Origin: Caedibacter taeniospiralis
GTDB lineage: Bacteria; Pseudomonadota; Gammaproteobacteria; Francisellales; Francisellaceae
Reading direction: 5' to 3'
NCBI RefSeq assembly: GCF_002803295.2
Contig: NZ_PGGB02000008.1
Location: 30,001 to 62,000, forward strand
DNA: 32,000 nt
The translations under genes were made by a program, and so were the position numbers. This document shows positions 15,697 through 25,083 of the stretch, one piece after another. The notes under the pieces are model-generated. The model did not search any database. It was given only the letters and a program-made list of their open reading frames with translations, and was not told the origin of the DNA. Every line of letters begins with the position of its first letter. Positions within the stretch are counted from its first letter, which is position 1.

Positions 15697-16047
15697 TTAA
15701 ACCTGATGCAGACCATCCTTTCTGATAAATCGTCCACCAAGAATATGATAGTGTAAATGAAAAATGGTTTGACCACCCGCTCTTCCTGTATTAATTAGCG
15801 TTTTAAAGCCAGCATTCAAACCTAATGTTTCCGCAAGTTTAGGAATGGCAAGATTGATCTTTCCAACAAGTTCTAAATCCTTTTCTTCAACATGGTTTAA
15901 GCTATCAATGTGTTTTTTGGGAACGACCAGCACGTGCGTTTCAGCAACTGGAAAGGCATCGTGAAAGGCTAGAATATCACTGTCTTCATAGACTTTCTGC
16001 GTGTTTATTTCACCTCTAATAATTTTACAAAAAATACAATCGCTCAT
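15697..16047 (-). CDS. hinT: HIT-family nucleotide hydrolase (HinT-like)
   Basis: 116 aa. CIFCKII N-terminus and histidine triad HLHYHILGG. Confidence 0.9.
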   Translation of the reverse strand: MSDCIFCKIIRGEINTQKVYEDSDILAFHDAFPVAETHVLVVPKKHIDSLNHVEEKDLELVGKINLAIPKLAETLGLNAGFKTLINTGRAGGQTIFHLHYHILGGRFIRKDGLHQV

Positions 16048-16051
16048 TGTT

Positions 16052-17725
16052 CTAATCCTTTTGTTTTGAGATTAACGCATAAACTAATAGCACAACGCCA
16101 ACGCTACCGACTATTCCATAATGTTTAGCAAGGAATCGGTGAAGGTCATTTAATAATTCATTATTGTAACCGTAAATAATACCAAGCACAGTTAGCGAAA
16201 GTCCAAGACCTACCAGCACGCCACGCTTTTTTGACTGTTTTGGAGTTTTAGGCTGATTCATTTGGTTATTATCTTCAAACCTGGCTTTTTTAGCTTTACT
16301 ACTCAATAAATCAAACAACATCTCAGGGACATCAGGCAGGCGTTCACTTAAATCAGGAATGTTATCCATTGAACGCTTTGCAAAGCCTTTCCAGCCAACA
16401 CGTGTTTTCATCCATTTCTCCAAAAATGGCTTGGCAGTTGCCCATAAATTTAGCTCAGGATAAAGCTCACGCCCCAATCCTTCTATGTTAAGTAGTGTTT
16501 TTTGTAGTAGCACTAATTGTGGTTGAACGCTCATATTAAAGCGTCTGGCAACTTGAAATAAACGCATTAGCGTGTAACCAAAAGAAATTTCAGCTAAAGG
16601 CTTCTCAAAAATAGGCTCACACACGGTGCGAATGGCAGATTCCAGTTCATCAGCACGGGTGGCATACGGGACCCAGCCAGATTCGATATGAAGCTCGGCA
16701 ACTTTTTTATAATCACGATTAAAAAAAGCCAGAAAATTACCCGCAAGGTAATGCTGATCTTCACGCGTTAGCGTCCCAACGATGCCAAAATCAATCGAGA
16801 TATATTTAGGATCTTGAGGATCAGTGGCATCAATAAAGATATTGCCTGGGTGCATGTCAGCATGGAAAAAACAGTCCCTGAAGACCTGGGTATAAAATAT
16901 TTCAACACCACGCTCCGCCAAAAGCTTCAAGTCGGTATTAAGCAGTTTCAAAGTTTCAATATCCGAAACAGGAATACCTTTTATCTTCTCAATCGTCAGC
17001 AAATTATTGCGACAATATTGCCAGTATACTCCGGGGACATAATGGATATGACTATCCTTAAAGTTACGCTTAAGCTGCGAGGCATTGGCTGCTTCGCGCT
17101 GCAAATCAAGTTCATCTAACAGATTACGACTAATTTCTGCGACTACTTCCACAGGGCGCAAGCGCCTGGTTGCTGGGATATAGCGCTCTAGCATACGTGC
17201 AAGGGTTTTTAACAGTTCTGTGTCTTGAACCAGGATATTCTGGATATTGGGGCGTAGCACTTTAACAACCACTTCCTGACCGTTGGCTAGTGTTGCGCTA
17301 TGCACCTGAGCAATGGACGCGGAAGCCAACGGATTTACATCAAAGCTCATAAATGCTTCACTAATGGGCTGCTTTAACGCTTTTTCAATAACCTTGACAG
17401 CATATTCGCCTGAAAATGGGGGTACTTTGTCCTGCAGTTTAGCCAATTCACTGGCTAAATCCTGTGGCAATAAATCGCGTCTTGTGGAGAGTGCCTGACC
17501 AAATTTAATAAAGATCGGACCTAAGGTTTCAAGAGCCAGACGCAAACGCGTGCCACGATCAAGTATATTGCGAGCAAACCAGTAATAAGGATTAAAGATC
17601 AGCGTTATTTTAAGTACGCGCAACAACGGAAGATTTGCCATCATAGTGGTGACATTATATTTGTTAAGCACATAACCGATGTAGATCAGGCGCCACCATT
17701 TTCTGATTTTATTCATGTTTGACAC
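16052..17725 (-). CDS. ubiB: Ubiquinone biosynthesis atypical kinase UbiB
   Basis: 557 aa. LGPIFIKFGQALSTRRDLLP, ASIAQVH, FHADMHPGNIF and C-terminal TM helices. Follows ubiE-ubiJ as in other gammaproteobacteria. Confidence 0.92.
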   Translation of the reverse strand: MSNMNKIRKWWRLIYIGYVLNKYNVTTMMANLPLLRVLKITLIFNPYYWFARNILDRGTRLRLALETLGPIFIKFGQALSTRRDLLPQDLASELAKLQDKVPPFSGEYAVKVIEKALKQPISEAFMSFDVNPLASASIAQVHSATLANGQEVVVKVLRPNIQNILVQDTELLKTLARMLERYIPATRRLRPVEVVAEISRNLLDELDLQREAANASQLKRNFKDSHIHYVPGVYWQYCRNNLLTIEKIKGIPVSDIETLKLLNTDLKLLAERGVEIFYTQVFRDCFFHADMHPGNIFIDATDPQDPKYISIDFGIVGTLTREDQHYLAGNFLAFFNRDYKKVAELHIESGWVPYATRADELESAIRTVCEPIFEKPLAEISFGYTLMRLFQVARRFNMSVQPQLVLLQKTLLNIEGLGRELYPELNLWATAKPFLEKWMKTRVGWKGFAKRSMDNIPDLSERLPDVPEMLFDLLSSKAKKARFEDNNQMNQPKTPKQSKKRGVLVGLGLSLTVLGIIYGYNNELLNDLHRFLAKHYGIVGSVGVVLLVYALISKQKD

Positions 17726-18329
17726 CTTGTGCTGTTAGGTAACGCTCAAGCCTGGCTGTAACACGCTCAACATCTTGTTTGAGTTGCTGGACATCGGTAA
17801 AAAAGTCTTCAAGCTCTTCCTTGCAAGGGATCAGTTCTTTCTCATATTGGAGGTATTCTCTTAATTCGATCGGGAATTGCGCTTTGCTGACAAGCCACCA
17901 ATGCTTAATAGCATCAAACGGTTTGGATAACAATGAGCTTAATGTTGTTGTTTGCCCCTGCGTGAGCGTGAACATGAGATCAGGATGAATTGCCTTAAAA
18001 AAATCACGATATGCTTCAAGTACATACATATCGCCTTCAAATGATGCCTCCGCTTTTTGAATATAGCGCTGTGGACTGGCACTCAACGCCATAGCGATTA
18101 AAACACCTGAATCAGCGGAGAGTATATTTGTCTGATGTGTGCCATCCGCTACATCAAAGATTAAATTATCTGCGGTGGGGATTAAGCAAAAGCGCATTGC
18201 AAAATCATTTAACTGAATCGTCAATGTCCTTTGTTTCAGGCGATCCAGCAGATAGGATTTTTGAGGATCTAAACTCAGAATTTTGTCGAGCAGGAAATTG
18301 ATAGATTTCACGATCATAAGCTCTTTCAT
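17709..18329 (-). CDS. ubiJ: Ubiquinone biosynthesis accessory factor UbiJ (SCP2-like)
   Basis: 206 aa between ubiE and ubiB (conserved position). Length and C-terminal coiled segment fit; sequence similarity judged weakly by eye. Confidence 0.65.
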   Translation of the reverse strand: MKELMIVKSINFLLDKILSLDPQKSYLLDRLKQRTLTIQLNDFAMRFCLIPTADNLIFDVADGTHQTNILSADSGVLIAMALSASPQRYIQKAEASFEGDMYVLEAYRDFFKAIHPDLMFTLTQGQTTTLSSLLSKPFDAIKHWWLVSKAQFPIELREYLQYEKELIPCKEELEDFFTDVQQLKQDVERVTARLERYLTAQGVKHE

Positions 18330-18338
18330 ACGATCACC

Positions 18339-19106
18339 TTAATATTTTACGCCCATATGAAGGGCGACAACACCCCCTGTCATGTTTTGATATTCAACTT
18401 TGTCAAAACCAGCTCTTAGCATCATTTGCTTCAAAATTTCCTGGTCTGGATGTTTGCGAATGGACTCTGCCAGATAGCGATAACTATCAGCATCTTGTGC
18501 TATGAGTTGTCCCATAAAGGGTAATATTTTAAAGGAATATTGATCGTAAATCTCGCTTAATAATGGCATTATTGGCTTTGAAAATTCGAGCACCAGGAGT
18601 CGTCCACCTGGTTTTAATACGCGATACATCGAGGCAAGTGCTGCATCTTTATCCGTAACATTTCTAAGCCCAAATGAAATCGTAATGCAATCAAAGGTAT
18701 TCTCAGCAAAGGGTAGACATTCAGCATTGGCCTGAACATATTCGATATTGCCAATGCAACCGCGATTAGTCAGCTTCTCACGCCCAACGTCCAGCATAGA
18801 AGCATTAATGTCACTCAAAATAACCGTGCCCTGCTCTCCCACTTTTTGGGTAAATTGATAAGCCAGATCCCCTGTGCCACCTGCGAGATCCAGGATTTTC
18901 TGTCCAGGTTTAACTCCTGCCTTTTGAATAGTGATTTTTTTCCACAAACGATGAATGCCAAAAGACATCAGATCGTTCATGATGTCGTATTTTGCCGCCA
19001 CAGAATGAAACACTTCGGCAACTCTTTGCTGCTTATCTGCCCATTTAACTTCTTCAAAGCCAAAATGCGTGATTTTTTCTGAGTTATCTTGTAATCGTTT
19101 GTCCAT
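18339..19106 (-). CDS. ubiE: Demethylmenaquinone/ubiquinone C-methyltransferase UbiE
   Basis: The family N-terminus [45 protein letters not shown] begins at ATG 19106. SAM motif LDLAGGTGD. The track ORF extends 51 codons further upstream without family support. Confidence 0.92.
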   Translation of the reverse strand: MDKRLQDNSEKITHFGFEEVKWADKQQRVAEVFHSVAAKYDIMNDLMSFGIHRLWKKITIQKAGVKPGQKILDLAGGTGDLAYQFTQKVGEQGTVILSDINASMLDVGREKLTNRGCIGNIEYVQANAECLPFAENTFDCITISFGLRNVTDKDAALASMYRVLKPGGRLLVLEFSKPIMPLLSEIYDQYSFKILPFMGQLIAQDADSYRYLAESIRKHPDQEILKQMMLRAGFDKVEYQNMTGGVVALHMGVKY

Positions 19107-19367
19107 AAATAGATTGATAGGGAAATGCTGTTGCCAGCCAGTATAACGTGAAAGCCTTAGTGAAACTACTGATGCGTTCGTCTTTATGCACAATACGGGC
19201 TGTGACTCAGCAATCCCGCCTGTTGCGCCAACTAGGTTCTGTGAACCAAAAAACCACATGAACCGAAGTTAGATTAATTTAGTTAAAAAATGATTTGAAA
19301 AATTGCAATCCTTAAGTCGACCCAAATTTAACTGTGATGGGAAAAACAACAAAAGGATTGCAGAACG

Positions 19368-19600
19368 GATTATGACATAAGTGAGTACGCTTGGGAAGAG
19401 ATTTATATGTTTTTAACAACCGTAAAAGGTATAACATTGCAGAAGTGGCGAGTCACTACGAATCTTTATAGAAGGCGTTTACTTCGTTTTATGGTCATTG
19501 GAGAACAGTTCATAAAGTTTTTAAGCATTCGGCAGAACTGGGTATTTGGGAGGAACTAAAGGAAAGTGTTAGCGACGTACAACGATTTCCCACTTGCTTG
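19368..19600 (+). pseudogene. Degraded N-terminal remnant of an IS5-family (DUF4096-type) transposase
   Basis: Three frame-shifted pieces: DYDISEYAWEEIYMFL.., ..LYIEGVYFVLWSLENS, and HKVFKHSAELGIWEELKESVSD. They match the ..LTD.QWE.I..LLP.., RLF..AVLWVLR.GA.W and HKRF.RW...G.WE.. pattern of IS5-family N-termini. Several stops; no catalytic region. Confidence 0.5.
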
Positions 19601-19642
19601 AATTTAAAATTCTGAAACACTTGCCAGAAAAGACCTCGAGAG

Positions 19643-19719
19643 TGGTAGCTACGACTGGACTTGAACCAGTGACCCCAGCATTATGAATGCTGTGCTCTAA
19701 CCAACTGAGCTACGTAGCC
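19643..19719 (-). tRNA. tRNA-Met, elongator type (anticodon CAU)
   Basis: Reverse complement GGCTACGTAGCTCAGTTGGTTAGAGCACAGCATTCATAATGCTGGGGTCACTGGTTCAAGTCCAGTCGTAGCTACCA. Close to E. coli metT as I recall it. G1-U72, not the initiator C1xA72. A lysidine-modified tRNA-Ile2 cannot be formally excluded. Confidence 0.85.
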
Positions 19720-19732
19720 ACAATAGGGACGA

Positions 19733-19761
19733 ATTATTGGCAAGATTACATTTGTTGTCAA
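19733..19761 (-). promoter_or_regulatory. Candidate promoter for tRNA-Met
   Basis: Minus strand TTGACA (19761-19756), 17-nt spacer, AATAAT (19738-19733). A-rich UP-like tract upstream (A8) and a GC-rich discriminator (TCGTCCC) before the tRNA 5' end. Confidence 0.45.
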
Positions 19762-19937
19762 TATTTTTTTTCCAGTTTTATCGACACTGTAAATACTGTA
19801 TCTTGCTTCAGAATATTAATCCTCCTCGTGTGAGGATAGCACCGACCACTCTTACCGATATGGTTGAGTACATTACTCACTCCAGGTCCTTTTTATCTCC
19901 CTGATAAGACATTGCCGCCAAAAGTGGTCAATAGGTA

Positions 19938-19966
19938 CTGATTTTTGCCTGAATTGTGTCTATAAT
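19938..19966 (+). promoter_or_regulatory. Weak candidate promoter for the ProQ/FinO-domain gene
   Basis: Perfect TATAAT at 19961-19966 with a poor -35 (CTGATT) at 17-nt spacing. It would give a ~105-nt leader. Confidence 0.3.
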
Positions 19967-20080
19967 GTCCGCCTTATTGCTGCAGCACTATGGATTGATT
20001 AGCCCGCTCAAGGCTATTTAGATCGGTAAAACCACGCAGTCGATGGCACCAAGTATAAACTTAACGTAGGAACATTTTAA

Positions 20081-20878
20081 ATGTCTGATGGTAGAAATAA
20101 GCTCAATGATTTTTCATTATTAAAGTCGTTGGTTGGGAGCAAAAGCATAAAAGACAAAACAGATCGTTTACGTAAAGCACATGCGGAAAAACGTAATGAA
20201 ACTGATGAAAAAAAACTGGCAAGTTCCGCTCCAAGACCGGGTGCGCGAGCTCAGCCAGTACATCAAACAAGACAGGAGCGCGTTAATCAACAAAAAACAC
20301 CTTTCCGCATGCCACAATATGGTCAAAAGCAGCATGAAGAGCTTACTATTGAGATGCCTGACATTGAACAACAAGATGAAATTATCGTCGAAATCGATTT
20401 GCAAAAGGAACTTTATAAAGAGGAACAGCGCTTATTTAAATGGTTATGCCTGCGCTTCCCTAAGTGCTTTAATCCCAAGGATAAACACCCCTTAAAAATC
20501 GGCATCAGTGAGGACATCGAGGTTATCTATTACAATGAACACTTTGCCCCAGTTGACCAGTATATTCTGAAAAAAGTGATCAAACGCTATGTTGGCGATA
20601 CCCGCTATCAACGCTCAGTACTTGAGCATAAGCAAAGGTTCAATCTCTATGGAAAACCCGTAGAAAGCTTTAGTGATGAGCATGTTGCTTATGCAAAACA
20701 GCGTTTGGATGAGATTGCAGAAAAAGCTTATCTACGTTCGCAAGGCATCGATATTAAAACCTACTATCAGCAAAAGCATGCACAAGAAAAGCCAGAAAAT
20801 ACAGAGGCTGATAATGCTCCCATCTTAAGAGATTCCAATATTGAACCTCCTTTAAACGACAATAATTCTATCCGTTAA
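20081..20878 (+). CDS. ProQ/FinO-domain RNA-binding protein with a long basic N-terminal extension
   Basis: 265 aa. Central ..LFKWLCLRFPKCFNPKDKHPLKIGISEDI...ILKKVIKRYVGDTRYQRSVLEHKQRFNLYGKPV.. matches the ProQ/FinO fold signature. Residues 1-100 are K/R/Q/E-rich and low complexity. Confidence 0.8.
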   Translation: MSDGRNKLNDFSLLKSLVGSKSIKDKTDRLRKAHAEKRNETDEKKLASSAPRPGARAQPVHQTRQERVNQQKTPFRMPQYGQKQHEELTIEMPDIEQQDEIIVEIDLQKELYKEEQRLFKWLCLRFPKCFNPKDKHPLKIGISEDIEVIYYNEHFAPVDQYILKKVIKRYVGDTRYQRSVLEHKQRFNLYGKPVESFSDEHVAYAKQRLDEIAEKAYLRSQGIDIKTYYQQKHAQEKPENTEADNAPILRDSNIEPPLNDNNSIR

Positions 20879-20894
20879 ACTCATCATCCTCGAC

Positions 20895-23800
20895 ATGTTG
20901 CCCATACTCGATAAATTCTCAACCCAATACGCAATCTCTGAGCAGTTTGCCAAAGAGTTAGCCGATACTGAGTTTAACGGCGATATTCACAATGATTACG
21001 CCACGAGAATCACTAGCTCCATCGACAACAGCATTTATCAAGTTGTGCCCGAACTGGTTATTTTCCCCAAAAGCCACCTCGATATTGAAAAGATTTTTCG
21101 TCTTGCCGCTACTGAGCCCTTTCGAAGCCTGAAATTTAGTGCCCGCGGCGCGGGCACGGGCACTAATGGTCAATCCTTGACTACAGGAATTATCATTGAT
21201 ACCAGTCGTTATATGAATAATGTTGTGGAAATCAATCTTGAGAATAATTATGTTATTGTCGAGCCTGGGGTGGTCTTAGATCAGCTCAATGAAATTCTTG
21301 CTCCTCATCATGTGTTTTTTGCGCCCAACCTATCCCCTGGTAATCGCGCCACAATCGGAGGCATGACCAGCACCGATGCCTGCGGCAAAGGTTCGCGGAT
21401 TTATGGGCGCACCAGTGAACACCTGCTTGAGCTTGAGTGCGTTTTGAGTGATGGTGAACGAGTATCCTTTGAAGAAATAAGCGCCTTAAATCTAAATAAG
21501 TTAATTGCCAGTTGTACGCAACGAAACTCACTCCTGGCACATATCTACCAGGTAGTTGATAGTGAAATTATTCAAAAGTACGACAAAATTAAGGCTCAAT
21601 TCCCCAAGTTAGACAGGTTTATGACAGGTTATAATCTGGCAAAATGTTATGATCCCATCCTGCAGAAAATCAACATTAATCATCTAGTCTCTGGTGCTGA
21701 AGGAACTCTGGCTTTTATCACCCGGTTAAAACTGAAGCTAACCCCTATTCCTCACCACAAAATTCTATTTGTGATCAGCTACAGTGACTTTGATCAAGCG
21801 CTGCGCGATGCTAAGAGTCTATTGAGTCTTAATCCTGCCGCGATTGAAACCATTGATGATAATATCTTAAAGCTCGCTAAAGAGGACGAAATTTATCCAC
21901 AAATTCGCCCGATGCTGGAAACCCATGCCAATCATGAAATCGCCGCCATCAATCTCGTTGAGTTTATTGCACACAATGAGGACGAGCTCAGTAAATCCAG
22001 CATCATTGCCCAACAACATTTTAAAGCGTATAACCGCCTTTTTCATTTAGCCTCCGACAAGGATGAAATGGCTATCCTGTGGGAGCTTAGAAAAAAAGGG
22101 GTTGGACTCTTAGGTGCCATGAAAGGTAATCGAAAACCCATCCCCTTTATGGAGGATACAGCGGTTCCTCCTGAGAACCTGGCTGATTATATTATTGAAT
22201 TAAGAGCCTTACTTGATAGTTATAATCTACGCTATGGCATGTTTGGACATGTTGATGTTGGTTGCCTGCATATGCGCCCTGCCTTAGATATGAATGATCC
22301 CAAAGATCAGGCACTGGTAGTAAAACTGACCAAAGAAGTCAATGACCTGGTAAAAAAATATGCTGGAGTCTATTGGTCAGAGCACGGAAAAGGCTTTAGA
22401 AGTGAGTACGTCAAAGACTATTTTGGCGAAGAGTTGCACATCTCCTTACAGAAAATTAAAGGAGCCTTTGATCCTGACAATAAGCTAAATCCAGGAAAAA
22501 TTGTTGTCCCCTTTCAAAGCGAGGATCAATTAGTGAGGGTAAATGGTCCATTTAGAGGCCTCCAGGACGCCAAGGTCAATCCACAGACGCAGGCGATGTT
22601 TTCTGGTGCATTCGATTGTAATGGCAATGCTGCCTGTTTGAACTACCACCCAGATCAAGTCATGTGCCCATCTGCTAAAGTTTCACACAACTGGGTGTAC
22701 TCACCCAAGGGAAGGGGCGCAGCGCGCTCTTACGTGAATGGTTAATACAACTTGCTGAAAAAAACCATCAGCCCCAACCTCTCACCAAAACACCACTTGG
22801 CACCAGGAGTAAAATAAATACCAGCGATTTCTCTTATGAGGTCTACCAGTCACTTGATAAATGCCTTGGCTGCAAAGCATGCGCCACCGCTTGCCCTATT
22901 AAAGTTGATATTCCCGCGATGAAGCCCCTATTCTTAGCCGAGTATCACAAACGTTACCAACGCCCCTTAAAAGACTATGCAATAAAGTACGTTGAGAAAA
23001 CTGCCAAATGGCAAACTTTGTTTCCTCATTTTATGAACTCACTACAGTCCACGGCTTTTGTAAAAACATGGGTTCAAAACAAGCTCAAACTGATGGACGC
23101 CCCGCTACTCTCCAAGGAAACGCTCAAAGCAGGGCTTAAGAAACGCAATGCCCCAAAGTTTAGCTTTGCTGATTTGCGCACTAAGTGCCAGAGTAATGAC
23201 ACACAGAAAGTCGTCTGCATCGTTCAAGATGCGTTTACGAGTTTCTATGATGCTGAAGTTGTGCTAGCGGTATACGATCTACTTACCAGGCTTGGCTTCC
23301 ATGTTTATGTGTTGCCTTTTTATGAAAATGGTAAAGCAGCACACGTTAAAGGTTTTCTACCTTATTTCCAAAAGAAAGCAGCACACGCCACCGCTTTTTA
23401 TAATAAAATTGCACATTTACAAGTTCCATTAGTAGGTATTGATCCTAGCATGACACTGGTCTATCGCGATGAATATAAAACCATGTTGAAAGATGAGGTT
23501 AAATTTAAAGTTGAACTGCTTCAAGAGTGGCTGGTCAAGCAGCTACCGCTGATAAATCTTCCTGCCAGAGATGCTACTGAGAGTGAAGTCATTTCTCTGT
23601 TTGCACATTGTTCTGAGCGTTCACTGGCAGCTGTATCAATGATCCACTGGCAAAAAATATTTAAAGCCTTTGGCGTAAAACTTTCCATTGAAAAAGTTGG
23701 TTGTTGCGGCATGGCGGGCACTTTTGGTCACGAAACAGACAATCTTGAGTTATCCAAAAAAATTTATGCGTCCAGCTGGCAAAAAAAGTTCGATGTCAAC

Positions 23801-23914
23801 AATACAGATAAGACACACCTTGCCACTGGATTCTCATGCCGCTGCCAGGTTAAGCGCTTTAGTAATAAGCAGCTATTGCATCCAGCGCAATTGCTTGTGA
23901 AACTATTGAATTAA
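20895..23914 (+). pseudogene. ydiJ: YdiJ-family FAD-linked oxidase / Fe-S oxidoreductase (D-2-hydroxyglutarate dehydrogenase-like), disrupted by a frameshift
   Basis: ORF 20895..22745 carries the FAD/PCMH domain (STDNSIYQVVPELVIFPKS, ARGAGTGTNGQS). A different frame, open from 22679, continues ..SALLREWL..CLGCKACATACPIKVDIP.. into ORF 22919..23914 (CCG-type C-terminus, VGCCGMAGTFGHE). The frames are joined by removing one copy of the AAGGG duplication at 22707-22716. Confidence 0.8.
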
Positions 23915-23998
23915 TCTGCGTGAATATTCATTGAATTTGTATCATACCCCTGGATTTTAATGCTATTTTTTGTTAATTTCACACACCTGTGAGTCTTT

Positions 23999-24075
<77 letters not shown>

Positions 24076-24077
24076 TC

Positions 24078-24995
24078 TCACTGCAACTTCATGCCACTGG
24101 CTTGTGCTGCTTGATAGACAACTTCCGTGCCAAGTTTTTGACTAAGCTGGTCCAGTAAATTAAGTGGTTTAGTATAGTCAACTACTTCCATGTTGTTAAA
24201 TTTCTCACGTTGCAAGCTGTCAACAGAGCCAAAGCCATCGATCAAACCATACTTTTTAGCCTGCATGCCAGAGAAAGGCACCCCAGAGAAAATTTTATCG
24301 TCTGCTTTGTTATCCAATCTCTCACCTCTTCCTGCTTTGACTGCATCGATAAAGACCTGATGCGTTTCAGACAGCATAGCTTCCATCTCTGCAACCTGTG
24401 AGGCACTTTGCGGTTCAAATGGATCTAAAAACCCTTTGTCTTTACCTGCCGTATAAAGCCTCCTTTCAACACCAATTTTCTTAAGTAACTCGACAAAGCC
24501 AAAGCCTCCCGCACGAACTCCAATCGAACCTGTGATCGTCATTTTATTGGCATAAATATCTTTTGCTCCTGAAGCGATATAGTAGCCACCTGATGCGCAA
24601 ACATCCACACACACCGCATAAAGCGGAGTGCTCGGATACTTATTCTGTAAAAAGCGCATATGCTCGTATATATCATCAGATTGTACAGGCGAACCACCTG
24701 GACTATTGATTTGCATAATGACTGCTTTGGTATTTTTATCCTTGAACGCTGCATCCAGGCTCGCATTAATCCGCTGTGCATTGGCATTACTATCATCAGC
24801 AATAATCCCATCCACCTTAATTAAGGCTATATGATCATTGGTCACGTCTGTTTTACTGCTAAACTCGCTAAATAGCAATCCAATAATGGCGATAGCAACA
24901 GCCAACCAGCAAAAGCGCCAAAATATGCGCCAGCGACGCGCTCGGCGCTGTTCCAGAATATAAGCATCTGCAATACGCTTTAAATGTTTCGACAT
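24078..24995 (-). CDS. sppA: Signal peptide peptidase SppA, 36K type (SohB-like S49 peptidase)
   Basis: 305 aa. N-terminal TM anchor, INSPGGSPVQS and ASGGYYIA, the Ser-protease S49 motifs. Confidence 0.85.
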   Translation of the reverse strand: MSKHLKRIADAYILEQRRARRWRIFWRFCWLAVAIAIIGLLFSEFSSKTDVTNDHIALIKVDGIIADDSNANAQRINASLDAAFKDKNTKAVIMQINSPGGSPVQSDDIYEHMRFLQNKYPSTPLYAVCVDVCASGGYYIASGAKDIYANKMTITGSIGVRAGGFGFVELLKKIGVERRLYTAGKDKGFLDPFEPQSASQVAEMEAMLSETHQVFIDAVKAGRGERLDNKADDKIFSGVPFSGMQAKKYGLIDGFGSVDSLQREKFNNMEVVDYTKPLNLLDQLSQKLGTEVVYQAAQASGMKLQ

Positions 24996-25083
24996 AAAAA
25001 ATTCCTTATTGTGAAGAGATTGTTGGAGTTATTACACACGGGTGGCTTATGGTAGAGGAAATAAGAAAAAAATGCAGCAGGAT

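Noticed and set aside
19107-19259. 51-codon N-terminal extension of ubiE in the ORF track (similar extensions for aspS 26860-26901 and cpoB 27699-27863)
   Set aside because: The conserved family N-termini begin at internal starts: MDKRLQ.. for ubiE, MRSHYS.. for aspS, and the signal peptide after GTG 27698 for cpoB. The cpoB extension would also overlap the pal coding region.
19785-19802. CACTGTAAATACTGTATC resembling a LexA/SOS box
   Set aside because: The two CTGT elements are direct repeats, not the inverted CTGT-N8-ACAG arrangement.
22679-22745. Programmed -1 ribosomal frameshift joining the two ydiJ frames
   Set aside because: There is no X XXY YYZ slippery heptamer in the overlap window. 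The A7 run (22758-22764) lies after the upstream frame's stop. The 5-bp AAGGG duplication explains the frame change completely.
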